From positions 1 through 49,079 of IMG/VR virus record IMGVR_UViG_3300038829_000052: 49,079 bases of DNA, one strand, 5' to 3'. Below, piece by piece: positions 16,855 through 25,465 of the stretch. Source of the stretch: a virus (lineage: Duplodnaviria; Caudoviricetes). The position numbers were made by a program, and so were the translations under genes. How positions within the stretch are numbered: position 1 is the stretch's first letter; each line of letters opens with the position of its first letter. The notes beneath the pieces were generated by a model. That model was given only the letters and a program-made list of their open reading frames with translations. It was not told the origin of the DNA and made no database searches.

Positions 16855-18369
16855 TCAAGCAGTTGCATAAGGATCAATCCTCCGTTGCCTCGGTTTGCCC
16901 ATATCATCGTATTCCTGCTTCGTCGTCACGGAGGAGCGATATGCGAGCGCATACTGTAATTCATCATATACGTGGCACTCTTGATTCTTGTCCGGGCCTT
17001 TGTCGGGATCGTTTTCGTCAAGAACCAGTGGCGGGACCGTCCGCCAGAACTGCGTGCAGTTCGCCGTGATGAACAACATGGGGTCGTCGGAGGTATTGCC
17101 GTCTTTTGAAAACTTACTATTGCCGGCAAGACGCGCGATGATTTCGGCGTAGTTGACCTTCAAATCCTTTCTCGATTGGATTAGATTGATTCTGCCGTCC
17201 GTGACACGGAACATGCGTTCTCTCGGAGAGGGGCCGTCGTGGGAAGACCACATACCAGAGTCGCCAACACGGGCGGTGGGGGCGGGCGCGGGACACTCTC
17301 CGGTTATTCGCCCGTAGTAATCGACAATCGTCGCCCTGTGGTTCGCCTCGCGCTCTAAGATTCCGTTTGCGACCTGATCAGCTGATAGTCTGAGTCCGTG
17401 GTTGGGTCGCCCATCAAAGCCATACCACTCGGCGTAACGAATAACGGCTCCGGCAGGGAGGTCTCGCTCTGGCCATCCGTCCTTAGCGGCGAGAGCAGCA
17501 CCATCGGAGACCGCATACCAACCAACTGAGAAAGGGCGAGCCGTCCCCCAGTCCAGGGCCATAAACCTTGTCCAATGACGCGGAGGAGAAAATTGCCTGA
17601 GCTGGTGTCTCTCTCTAGAGAGATTGTGCAGGGCAGCGCCAACAACAGCGTCCCAATCGCCTTCTGTAAGGGCTCTGGCGAGTTCGGGGGCGAGGGCGCG
17701 AAACTGTCCTGCATAGGATTTGTCCAGATAGAGGTTATCCGCCATCTTGGCGGGAATGAAGATCGACGGCCATCCGTGATCTTCCGGGTTCTTGGGGTCT
17801 CGCATCGATTCGTCGTAGAAATACTTCAAGGGGGGGGACGGATCGATGAAGGTGGTTTTCAAGAACTGGTGCCCGGGCCCCCCGGGATTACTGGCGTAGA
17901 CGATCCTGGGGAGCCAGCCCTTGCCCTTGGGCGTCCACGAACCGAGACGGACGCGAGTTCTCAAATACGTGATTTGGTATTCCGTGAGGTGAGCAGCCTC
18001 GTCTATGCCAAGCCAGTGAATTTCCGCACCTTGGTAGCGGAGAACGTCCTTCTCCTTCTCGCAATAACAGAAGTTTATACCCGACCCGTTGTAGAATTCG
18101 AACCGTTTCTTGGTGTCGTTGTACTTTCCCAAGACCGGGGGGATCAACTGCTGTATCTTGCGGATGTGGTTGTCTTCCAACTCACCCAGGGTTCGGCGGA
18201 ACAGGTAGGCGTCGAGACCATGGTTATCGAGGCAGAAGGAAATCGCATCCCATAGAAGCGAGTAGCTCTTGCCGCCGCCGGCAGCGCCCCCGTAAAATAT
18301 CTGCCGGGCGGCTGTCGTGTGCAGAAGCTTCTGTTTGTCCTGGGGCTCGTAGGGGAGGGTGATGTTCAC
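16855..18369 (-). CDS. terL: Terminase large subunit
   Basis: YGGAAGGGKS (Walker A), GIDEA (Walker B), ASNPGG.GH, LDWG nuclease motif, H.YD.L.Y. Confidence 0.95.
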   Translation of the reverse strand: MNITLPYEPQDKQKLLHTTAARQIFYGGAAGGGKSYSLLWDAISFCLDNHGLDAYLFRRTLGELEDNHIRKIQQLIPPVLGKYNDTKKRFEFYNGSGINFCYCEKEKDVLRYQGAEIHWLGIDEAAHLTEYQITYLRTRVRLGSWTPKGKGWLPRIVYASNPGGPGHQFLKTTFIDPSPPLKYFYDESMRDPKNPEDHGWPSIFIPAKMADNLYLDKSYAGQFRALAPELARALTEGDWDAVVGAALHNLSRERHQLRQFSPPRHWTRFMALDWGTARPFSVGWYAVSDGAALAAKDGWPERDLPAGAVIRYAEWYGFDGRPNHGLRLSADQVANGILEREANHRATIVDYYGRITGECPAPAPTARVGDSGMWSSHDGPSPRERMFRVTDGRINLIQSRKDLKVNYAEIIARLAGNSKFSKDGNTSDDPMLFITANCTQFWRTVPPLVLDENDPDKGPDKNQECHVYDELQYALAYRSSVTTKQEYDDMGKPRQRRIDPYATA

Positions 18370-18761
18370 TCGTACTTTGCTTTCAGCGCGGCGAGCGTCT
18401 CGCGTTCCAGTGCAACCCGGGCCGCCTTATCACGCGCCTCTCTCGCTTCCGCCTCAGCGGCCCGCTCGGCGATGTCTTCCGGTGTTTCGGGGCGGGACCA
18501 ACTCGCGTATATTGAAAGCCCTCCCTCGTCACCATAACATCTGAATTCCGTGGAAGCCCGATACTCGGGGGGCACTTGATCGAGAAGTGTCTGCGCCCAA
18601 GCTACCAATTCAGGGAGCGTGCCGGGGAACCCCTCCCCGATTTCCAGATAGGTCTCGATCTTCCCCAAACCACGCGGAAGTGGCGCGATCCAATTCATCG
18701 AGGCACCGCTTGTGCAAATCATGGCGGAGGCAACACAAAAGGTATCGAAAGTGTTGTTCAC
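18366..18761 (-). CDS. Hypothetical protein
   Basis: RPET.E...R....ERE.LA.LKAKYE C-terminus, coupled to terL. Confidence 0.55.
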   Translation of the reverse strand: MNNTFDTFCVASAMICTSGASMNWIAPLPRGLGKIETYLEIGEGFPGTLPELVAWAQTLLDQVPPEYRASTEFRCYGDEGGLSIYASWSRPETPEDIAERAAEAEAREARDKAARVALERETLAALKAKYE

Positions 18762-18837
18762 GTCAGAAACCAGATGACGAACGGCGCCACCACCATAATC
18801 CCCGGGGGCACAAGCAACACCAGCCAGAGCCAGATGT

Positions 18838-19071
18838 TCACCGCCCCGCCGCCCACGCCAAAAACAGCGCCAGCACGCCCGTCACCGCCCCAAGGAGAAC
18901 CTGACCCGATACCAGAAGCGCCCCCGACATGAACGCCAGGGTCGTCTGCGACGCCGAAACCCGCCATCGGGGAATCAGCCCCATCTCCTGCTTGATCTTG
19001 ATCACAAGCGAGGTCGGCACCGAAGGATGCCGGATAACCACCTTGTCGGGCCGGGCCGCTACCTTCCACAT
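18838..19071 (-). CDS. Small membrane protein (followed by a 27-aa hydrophobic ORF at 18758-18841)
   Basis: Hydrophobic C-terminal half, coupled starts. Confidence 0.5.
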   Translation of the reverse strand: MWKVAARPDKVVIRHPSVPTSLVIKIKQEMGLIPRWRVSASQTTLAFMSGALLVSGQVLLGAVTGVLALFLAWAAGR

Positions 19072-19462
19072 CTCGTCACCATAGAATGATTATAGACTAC
19101 ATTTCGATCCAGGGGCGGTCAAGCAGTTGCCGGCGGCTACCGTGGAATGGTATTTTATCCAGATGTGCCCGTTCCCACCACAATCCGTCCTCGCCCGCAT
19201 CTGGCGCCGATCATACGGGCTATACGACTGGCTCTACGACTACCCCAATATCGTCGATTACCAGGGCGCCCACAACGATAAGGGCTACATCTACGATGAG
19301 CCCCGCAATAATCATACGTGTACGAACGATGGTGCTACCTAAGGTTACGTCCGATTCGGCCCTATTGTCTCGCAACACACTGATCCAAAACACACATTTC
19401 TTTTACATTGCGTAAAAAATCGTAGGTTCCCCCAATACCCCCTCCCCACACAGAGGTGCATC

Positions 19463-19660
19463 GTGACAGAAATAGAGGCTGACAGGCCCGAAACTGAAAT
19501 CACCCCAGCCATGATTGAGGCTGGGGTGCACGCCTATCTGGATCACGGTGAGCTTTTCGAGACGCTCAAGGAGATCGTCACCGCAATCTATCGTGCCATG
19601 GACGAAGCTAAGGGCGCCCGCCTGCCGCCTGAGGCAAATCCACCGCCAGCCTCAAGCTAA
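19463..19660 (+). CDS. Hypothetical protein (EITPAMIEAG type)
   Basis: GAGG RBS. Motif common in alphaproteobacterial phage small ORFs. Confidence 0.55.
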   Translation: MTEIEADRPETEITPAMIEAGVHAYLDHGELFETLKEIVTAIYRAMDEAKGARLPPEANPPPASS

Positions 19661-19936
19661 ACATGGCTACTGAGTCCATGGATTTTCCCAACCCAGCCCC
19701 CGAGGTCTGCAACAGACCGGATCAAGCCCATCCATTGCAGGGCCGCCCGCAGATGCCTAGCCGATGGGTTACTCGGGTGGCTACCGATACACGGGTGTGA
19801 ATACACGCGCAGCCGATCCGCCGAGGCCCCAGGCCACTTCACCAACGTGGGGGTAGCCTCATCGGACCAGGTGCCGGTCGTACCACATATGGTGTCGGAC
19901 GGGGTGGCGATGTGGTAGCCCGTCACCACACATAGC

Positions 19937-19949
19937 TAAGCCATTGATG
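19937..19949 (-). promoter_or_regulatory. IHF-like binding site
   Basis: Minus strand cATCAAtggcTTA versus consensus WATCAAnnnnTTR (one mismatch). Confidence 0.45.
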
Positions 19950-19973
19950 TTGCTAGTGTGCGCTGCGGTATAA

Positions 19974-20001
19974 GTGTTCCATAATGTACATTATGCGATG
20001 T
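19974..20001 (-). other. dif-like XerC/XerD recombination site
   Basis: ACATCGCATAA-TGTACA-TTATGGAACAC versus E. coli dif GGTGCGCATAA-TGTATA-TTATGTTAAAT: 19/28 overall, 17/18 in the core. 11-6-11 architecture, non-coding context. Confidence 0.75.
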
Positions 20002-20100
20002 GCAGTTGCGAGATAGCGCGTGGTGATGGTGTGGTAATGGGCTACCGCAGTACAGGAGCGCGAGAGGCGGAGCGAGTATCTCCCACCTATCCGGCCTCAT

Positions 20101-20349
20101 CTATGTTTCAGCGCCGCGATGTTTCCCGGGAAACATTCTACTGAGCCACATATGCCAAATCTTGTGACAGGGCTGGCAGAGCCATGACACGTCTAGGGGC
20201 TTGCGGTAGTCGTGGTGGTGTTTGTGGGCTTGAGCTCTACAGAGGGCGCAGGGTTGGCGGGTGATCTTGCCGCGGCGTTGGTAGCCGTTGGCAGTAGCCC
20301 GGACAATTGAGCGTCGTTGCTGTTCTGAGGCGAGGTTGCGGTATCTCAA
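20101..20349 (-). CDS. Small HNH endonuclease (terminase-associated)
   Basis: PCALC...HHHDY.KPLDV.WLCQPCH..WH. TTG start overlaps the terS stop. Confidence 0.75.
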   Translation of the reverse strand: MRYRNLASEQQRRSIVRATANGYQRRGKITRQPCALCRAQAHKHHHDYRKPLDVSWLCQPCHKIWHMWLSRMFPGKHRGAET

Positions 20350-20945
20350 GCCTTGTGCTCCACGGTCACGACCGGCGCATCTTCGGCGCGGCCGATGTTC
20401 AGATTGACCTGAATATTGGTGCCGCCTGACTTCTCGGCGTAGTCGCCTTTGGTCTTTGCGTGGGATTGGAGGCGCCATTGGGCGGCTTTCCAGTCTCGGG
20501 GCGCGGCTGCGTCGACATGGCCCACCATTGAAGCATGCCAGGTCTCTATCGAGCGTTCGCAGAGTTCGGCAAATTCTGCATCGGTTTCCCGCCAGTTAGT
20601 TAGTGTGCGCTCACTTATGCCCGCCAATGATGCTGCGGTGCGGTATGGCAAGCCTTTTTGGAGTGATTCTAGGATAGCGCGGGCGGCCGGTTCGGTCCTG
20701 GTGGTGGTGGTAGCCGCGCCAGCGGCTTGGGCGACTATGCTTGGTAGCCGAGCGGTAGCCGCTACGATGGCGCTCTTTGCATCCCAGCCTTCCTTGGCGC
20801 CGCGCTTCTGGATCGCCCTATGTGTGATTGGGACACCATCCCGGGCAAGGGTGCGCTTGGCGCATTCCCGCGTTGACAGGCCGGCGGCGAAATCGGTTCG
20901 GATGGCATTCCAATCGACGCCGGGCTTTGAATTATAACGCGACAT
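20346..20945 (-). CDS. terS: Terminase small subunit
   Basis: DW.AIR.DF.AG.S.RE...AI.KR..KEGW HTH, a second HTH (G.PYR.AA.LAGISERTL.NW), DWKAA.W.L. Confidence 0.8.
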   Translation of the reverse strand: MSRYNSKPGVDWNAIRTDFAAGLSTRECAKRTLARDGVPITHRAIQKRGAKEGWDAKSAIVAATARLPSIVAQAAGAATTTTRTEPAARAILESLQKGLPYRTAASLAGISERTLTNWRETDAEFAELCERSIETWHASMVGHVDAAAPRDWKAAQWRLQSHAKTKGDYAEKSGGTNIQVNLNIGRAEDAPVVTVEHKA

Positions 20946-21013
20946 TATCGACTCGCTACCTTTTGCCGATTATAGCCCATTCCGGTGCGCGTGGAAATAA
21001 TTGCATTCTCCTG

Positions 21014-21050
21014 TTGACATGGGCCGCGTAATGCCGTAGATATACGGCAT
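21014..21050 (+). promoter_or_regulatory. Sigma70-type promoter with an overlapping palindromic operator
   Basis: TTGACA-N17-TAGATA, with ATGCCGTA-gata-TACGGCAT covering the -10. Confidence 0.7.
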
Positions 21051-21091
21051 GGCTACGGCAGATGCCGGGCTGAAACGGTAGGAGACCGGAC

Positions 21092-21301
21092 ATGATCCGC
21101 ATCGAAGTGATTGCCAAGTCGGTGTACGGCGAGACCAAGTTTTACCCGGCCAATTACGCCGCCGAGAAGCTGGCCGCCATCGCGGGCACAAAGACGCTAA
21201 CCGCCTCCGCCCTGCTCAATGCCAAGGCGATGGGCTGCGACGTGGTGATCGACGGCGACAAAACGCTCAACCAGATGATCTGCGCGCAATTCGCGGCGTA
21301 G
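21092..21301 (+). CDS. Hypothetical early protein
   Basis: AGGAG RBS, KSVYG...YPAN..A..LA.IAGTKTLT motif. Confidence 0.65.
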   Translation: MIRIEVIAKSVYGETKFYPANYAAEKLAAIAGTKTLTASALLNAKAMGCDVVIDGDKTLNQMICAQFAA

Positions 21302-21324
21302 TCACTGAACACGGGAAAACCAAC

Positions 21325-21528
21325 ATGACACGCATTCCCCACTGGCAACAGCAAATGTTCGACGTATGGGCCAATCTCGGCCACGTCTACCACATTCGCT
21401 TCACACGCAACGGCTCGCCCAAAGTGAGCCTGGACGGCCACAAGGCTACAACGATGGCCTCCGCGCTGGAGAAGATCGAACGCGCCATGACGAACGTGGC
21501 CGCGTCAAATTGGTTCGGGGCACAGTAG
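21325..21528 (+). CDS. Hypothetical protein
   Basis: In the plus-strand island. Confidence 0.55.
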   Translation: MTRIPHWQQQMFDVWANLGHVYHIRFTRNGSPKVSLDGHKATTMASALEKIERAMTNVAASNWFGAQ

Positions 21529-21549
21529 CACACAAGAGGAGCAAGTAAC

Positions 21550-21747
21550 ATGACACACCGCAAAGAACTTGAATCGCTCAAGGCCCGCTTAGAGGGAGGG
21601 GGCGCGAAGGTTTACTTTTACCACGATGCGGACGGGTACATCGAGCACATTGCGGTCGATGCCATTGGATTCGGGACATATCCCATGGCGCCCATTTCCT
21701 TCGCCGAACGGGCCCGGGAATATCTCGCTGATATGGGGAGCAAGTAA
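21550..21747 (+). CDS. Hypothetical protein
   Basis: GGAG RBS, flanked by 20-bp direct repeats. Confidence 0.6.
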   Translation: MTHRKELESLKARLEGGGAKVYFYHDADGYIEHIAVDAIGFGTYPMAPISFAERAREYLADMGSK

Positions 21748-21748
21748 C

Positions 21749-22219
21749 ATGACACAGACACGCGAACACGCCCTAGAGGCGGCTTTGAAGTCCATCGTCA
21801 CGGAAGATAGCCGCGCCTGCGAAATGGCGGACTATCGTCATGCCTCGGACTTTCACCCGTTGCGCGCCTCTATCTGTGGAGCACGCGCCGCCCTCGCCCT
21901 CCCGCCCGATCCGGCGCCCGTTGCCGCTGGCGAATGGCGCCAATGGACCGACGCGCAGCAACCGGAAACGATCATTCGTCAAAACGGTAGCGTCGTGGCG
22001 CGTTGTGTCGGCGACCAAGGGCGCCAATTCACAGACGCCCGCCTCATAGCGGCCGCCCCCGACATGCTCGCGGTGCTCAAAAACGCGGCTGCCTTAATCG
22101 GAGAATCGAAAGGGGTTGATGGCTTTCATCTAAACGGCGATTTGGCTGAATGGGGCGAATTTGATCTGCCGAATGAGATTGAAGCCGCCATCGCCCGCGC
22201 CACCGGCAAGGAGGGTTGA
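21749..22219 (+). CDS. Hypothetical protein (ARLIAAAPDML type)
   Basis: GGAG RBS, common phage motif. Confidence 0.65.
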   Translation: MTQTREHALEAALKSIVTEDSRACEMADYRHASDFHPLRASICGARAALALPPDPAPVAAGEWRQWTDAQQPETIIRQNGSVVARCVGDQGRQFTDARLIAAAPDMLAVLKNAAALIGESKGVDGFHLNGDLAEWGEFDLPNEIEAAIARATGKEG

Positions 22220-22257
22220 GCCGTGGATTTCATCCCCCATGCCCTTAGCGAGGCCCC

Positions 22258-22494
22258 ATGAGCCCATCCCCCGTCCGAAGCCCCCAATGCTCACCAGCGG
22301 CCCGCCTAGCCCGTTATGGGCGGCTTCTGTGGGGAGAGCAGTGGCAATCAGCCATGGCTAGGGAGCTAGGGGTCAACATTCGAACGGTCCAGCGGTGGGC
22401 GGCGGGGGTGAATGAGCCGCCAGAGGGGGTGTGGCTCGAATTGAGAATGCGGGCGCGCGATAGGATTACTGCACTGCGGGAGGTTGTGGGGTAG
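22258..22494 (+). CDS. Helix-turn-helix DNA-binding protein
   Basis: WQSAMARELGVNIRTVQRWAAG..EPP. Confidence 0.75.
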   Translation: MSPSPVRSPQCSPAARLARYGRLLWGEQWQSAMARELGVNIRTVQRWAAGVNEPPEGVWLELRMRARDRITALREVVG

Positions 22495-22522
22495 TCATGG
22501 CTTCGGTTTTGGAAGGCGAGAA

Positions 22523-22735
22523 ATGACAACAGTTACGAGTAACCCAAAAGCTGACGCGGCGCGCGAAGAATTATTTGACGAATGGTATGGCAAACTCCCA
22601 GAAGAAGTTAAAAAAACCATAGGGGAAGCAAATTTAGTCATTTCTAAATTGCTTAATAATTTGACGCCGGAACACAGAGTGTCAAGCGCACATCATCACG
22701 CTTTTGTGATAGCGCCACGCCTTGCATATCTATAG
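22523..22735 (+). CDS. Hypothetical protein (AT-rich insert)
   Basis: ORF with lower GC. Confidence 0.45.
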   Translation: MTTVTSNPKADAAREELFDEWYGKLPEEVKKTIGEANLVISKLLNNLTPEHRVSSAHHHAFVIAPRLAYL

Positions 22736-22793
22736 CCCTATGCTATGTTGCGTTTACCGGGTTGCAGCGCGGATTAATCATAAGGAGAGACCC

Positions 22794-23051
22794 ATGCTGA
22801 AGATCAATCCCAAGTTTATGACCATCAACGGCAAACGCATCGGCATCTATATCGCGCGCGGGCCGTGGGTTACGGGCGTCGATCCCACCACGATCAAGAT
22901 CACGCCGCGCCGCCATAGCTTCCCGCCCGAAGTGGCTGCCGTGTTCAAGATCGAGAACAACAGCGACAGTCAGACCGACTATTTCGAGCGTGATAGTATC
23001 CGCATCACCGCGGACCATCCGCTATACGATCTCGTCAAGAAAGCCGCTTAG
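22794..23051 (+). CDS. Hypothetical protein (ENNSD.QTDYFE.D.I type)
   Basis: TAAGGAG RBS. Confidence 0.65.
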   Translation: MLKINPKFMTINGKRIGIYIARGPWVTGVDPTTIKITPRRHSFPPEVAAVFKIENNSDSQTDYFERDSIRITADHPLYDLVKKAA

Positions 23052-23113
23052 GGTAGTCGGGGCGGCGCCTTGCAGGGCAGCCGCCCCTCCGCCCATGCCG
23101 AAGGAGACACGAC

Positions 23114-23485
23114 ATGCGCATATACGAGCCAACACCTAAACAGATTGCGGATTGGCGGCAATGGGTCGAATCAAGGCCCCCCGTTGTACGTAAGATTGCC
23201 GAGAAACTCGATCCATGGACGCTGTTTCGGGTGAAATCGACCAATCAAAACGTAATACTCTATTCGATCTCGGAAGACGGCACCGTGACCGTCAACGTAA
23301 CGGGCGAATACAATTTAGTGATGTTTGAACAACAGGTGTTTGGAATCGATCCGAACGACCTAGCGCCTGCGACCAAACTTCCGCCTATTGTTGGCGTCCT
23401 GCTGAACGAAAGGCAGCAAAAGCAGTTCATTAAATCGGAGCGCGACAGGATCAAGCGGGAACGCGCTGCCGGACGAAAGGGCTAA
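23114..23485 (+). CDS. Hypothetical protein
   Basis: AAGGAG RBS. Confidence 0.6.
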   Translation: MRIYEPTPKQIADWRQWVESRPPVVRKIAEKLDPWTLFRVKSTNQNVILYSISEDGTVTVNVTGEYNLVMFEQQVFGIDPNDLAPATKLPPIVGVLLNERQQKQFIKSERDRIKRERAAGRKG

Positions 23486-23488
23486 GAC

Positions 23489-23674
23489 ATGATGGAATAC
23501 AACACAGCATCAACCCTCAAACATGCCCGCCAAGCCCTCAGGATGACCCAGGATGCTTTCGGAGAGGCTTTGGGCGTCCATTGGACCACCATCAGCCGAT
23601 ACGAGCGTGGGGCGCCAATTCCGCGCGTTGTGGCTTTGGCGGTCGAATGTCTGTTGCGGCGCAGCAAAGAGTAG
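23489..23674 (+). CDS. XRE-family HTH regulator
   Basis: LKHARQALRMTQDAFGEALGVHWTTISRYERG..IP. Confidence 0.85.
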   Translation: MMEYNTASTLKHARQALRMTQDAFGEALGVHWTTISRYERGAPIPRVVALAVECLLRRSKE

Positions 23675-23953
23675 TCACGGCTTCGGCGCCTTCTCAAGCA
23701 TGGGCCGAGCCGCAAGCATTGACCGCCACACGTCGGCGGCCCGTGGTGTTCCGCTCAGGTCTTTCATGTATTGCGTCGGCACCCTCGGCACCAGCACCCA
23801 CCCCGCGGCCTCGGCGGCGGCCAGGGCGGCGCGCACTTTGGCTGCCCGCATCATTTCAGGAGATGCGAGCGCCATTGCCCGGTCGATTGGCTCAAGGTCC
23901 AACACGCTAAATTCATCAAGCGCGCGCGCCATCTTCTCGATAACGTCCGTCAT
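23675..23953 (-). CDS. Hypothetical protein
   Basis: GWVLVPR.PT..M...WR.MLAA.P motif of small phage proteins. Confidence 0.6.
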   Translation of the reverse strand: MTDVIEKMARALDEFSVLDLEPIDRAMALASPEMMRAAKVRAALAAAEAAGWVLVPRVPTQYMKDLSGTPRAADVWRSMLAARPMLEKAPKP

Positions 23954-24240
23954 GTCGGCACCTTCTTGGCGCGCACTGCTTTAGCGACGTTGTGGGCGGC
24001 CATGCCCGCGATGTCCGATCCATGCGGGCCAGAAAATGCGCGGCGGGCATACGCATCGGCCAAAACAGCCGCATCCTCCAGCCCCTCGTTGTACGCGGCC
24101 TTGAGGGCGGCGGCGAACATCTCTTGCAGTTTTGCGTGTATGAGTTTGTGGGGCCGCTGCTCGGCAGTTAGCGGGATTGCCCACCATTCCGAAACGCGAT
24201 CTTCCACAATCTCTCGCGCCTTCGCGTCGAAGTCTGTCAT
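23950..24240 (-). CDS. Hypothetical protein
   Basis: ATGA-coupled, AYNEGLEDAA motif. Confidence 0.55.
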   Translation of the reverse strand: MTDFDAKAREIVEDRVSEWWAIPLTAEQRPHKLIHAKLQEMFAAALKAAYNEGLEDAAVLADAYARRAFSGPHGSDIAGMAAHNVAKAVRAKKVPT

Positions 24241-24635
24241 GGCTTCACCAAGATATCCCGGATGCGCGCCAGCCCATCGGCGGAGCACAGGCTGTTGACC
24301 GCGCGCTTTCCAATCGAGCCGATCAAGATTCCGCGTTGCGCGTTCGTCAGGTACCCGGCGTGCTTGTTCAGCCCGTCCTTGATCGCACCGCGAACGCACA
24401 TCGCGACGTAATCCGCCAGTTCTTGCGGGCACCCTATTGGAATGGGATGGAGTCGGACCTTCCCTTCGCGAGCCCACTTAACCTGAGCGCGCGTTCCACT
24501 GCTGGCGGTGCCCGTGCGTCGCGGGTCGAGGTTGCCAGCATCAGCCGTGGTTTCAGACGCAGTTTGGCCGCCACGGCCATCATCAGCGGCGGTTACAGCA
24601 CCGCCAATCTCGTTTATATCATTCATCGCGCTCAT
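24237..24635 (-). CDS. Hypothetical protein
   Basis: ATGA-coupled at both ends. Confidence 0.5.
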   Translation of the reverse strand: MSAMNDINEIGGAVTAADDGRGGQTASETTADAGNLDPRRTGTASSGTRAQVKWAREGKVRLHPIPIGCPQELADYVAMCVRGAIKDGLNKHAGYLTNAQRGILIGSIGKRAVNSLCSADGLARIRDILVKP

Positions 24636-25036
24636 GGCTTCACCGCTTTCATGGGGAACACATTCGCCGGCACCATCCGCGCAAACACGGGCAAGTCCTC
24701 GACCGATTTAGCGCACTCAATCTCCGGCGTTATCGGCTTGCCAGCCGCCTTGTAGAACGCCAGCACCTCGGCAACGGTTTGCGCGGGCCTGACCACGGGC
24801 TCGGGCTTGATCGTTTCGTGTAACTCGCCGTCCATCCATCTGCCGGCCCTTAACCACGTTGCCGGGTGCGGAATGTACCGCGCCTCTTTGCCTTCCGAAA
24901 TGCACCATGCGGCGAATTTCTTGGCGCCGTCGATGATAGCGTTCGCATCGTATTTTGCCGTCATTTGTCGCCATGCTTTCTCAGCATCCAAACGACCAAC
25001 TTTCCTTGGGTATGCTCTGTAGAACTCATCGAACAT
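24632..25036 (-). CDS. Short phage replication protein (C-terminal domain of replisome-organiser/initiator type only)
   Basis: FDEFY.AYPRKVG...A.KAW...YIPHPATWL...RW.D. Confidence 0.75.
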   Translation of the reverse strand: MFDEFYRAYPRKVGRLDAEKAWRQMTAKYDANAIIDGAKKFAAWCISEGKEARYIPHPATWLRAGRWMDGELHETIKPEPVVRPAQTVAEVLAFYKAAGKPITPEIECAKSVEDLPVFARMVPANVFPMKAVKP

Positions 25037-25465
25037 TCCACCCTCTTAGATTATGTCCCTTCGGTTTGGCTCGGTTGTGCAGGCATAGATCGACTTACCG
25101 CGATTTCTCACGGCAGATCGCCATGCCTGCGCCTTGTCCCTTTCGGACGGCTTCGGCGCGTTTCGGCCTCTGGGATAGGTGACGATCCTCCCAAAGTCGG
25201 CCCCAACTGATCGAGCCCCATCGCACAGGGCTACCGCGATGCTGCGCCTCGGGCCTTGCGATCCGGCGCTGCGGGGCGGTCGCAGTCCTGGTTCCCCGCC
25301 GTAGCCGACAAGCGCCAGCGCAAGTCAAAGCGCCCACTTGCCGAGGCGGGTGGTTGCATGTATTTTCTTCGGGAGAGGTTCCGCCACCCCGCCAGGTGCG
25401 TAACCCGGCCCCGGTGAGTGAAAGCTCCCGGGGCCATTCGTTTGACGCTAGCCCAAGATTGGCTT
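25037..25465 (-). ncRNA. Candidate large structured non-coding RNA or structured replication origin
   Basis: No credible ORF. Many stems: GGCCCCGG/CCGGGGCC, nested CUUGCG-GGCGCU-GCGGGG/CCCCGC-AGCGCC-CGCAAG, GCAGGCAU/AUGCCUGC enclosing CCGUGA-GAAA-UCGCGG. GAAA loops read on the minus strand. Confidence 0.55.

Noticed and set aside
25037-25465. Group I/II intron, tRNA or tmRNA identity for the structured region
   Set aside because: No recognisable catalytic core, domain V, cloverleaf or tag reading frame by eye. A covariance-model search is needed.
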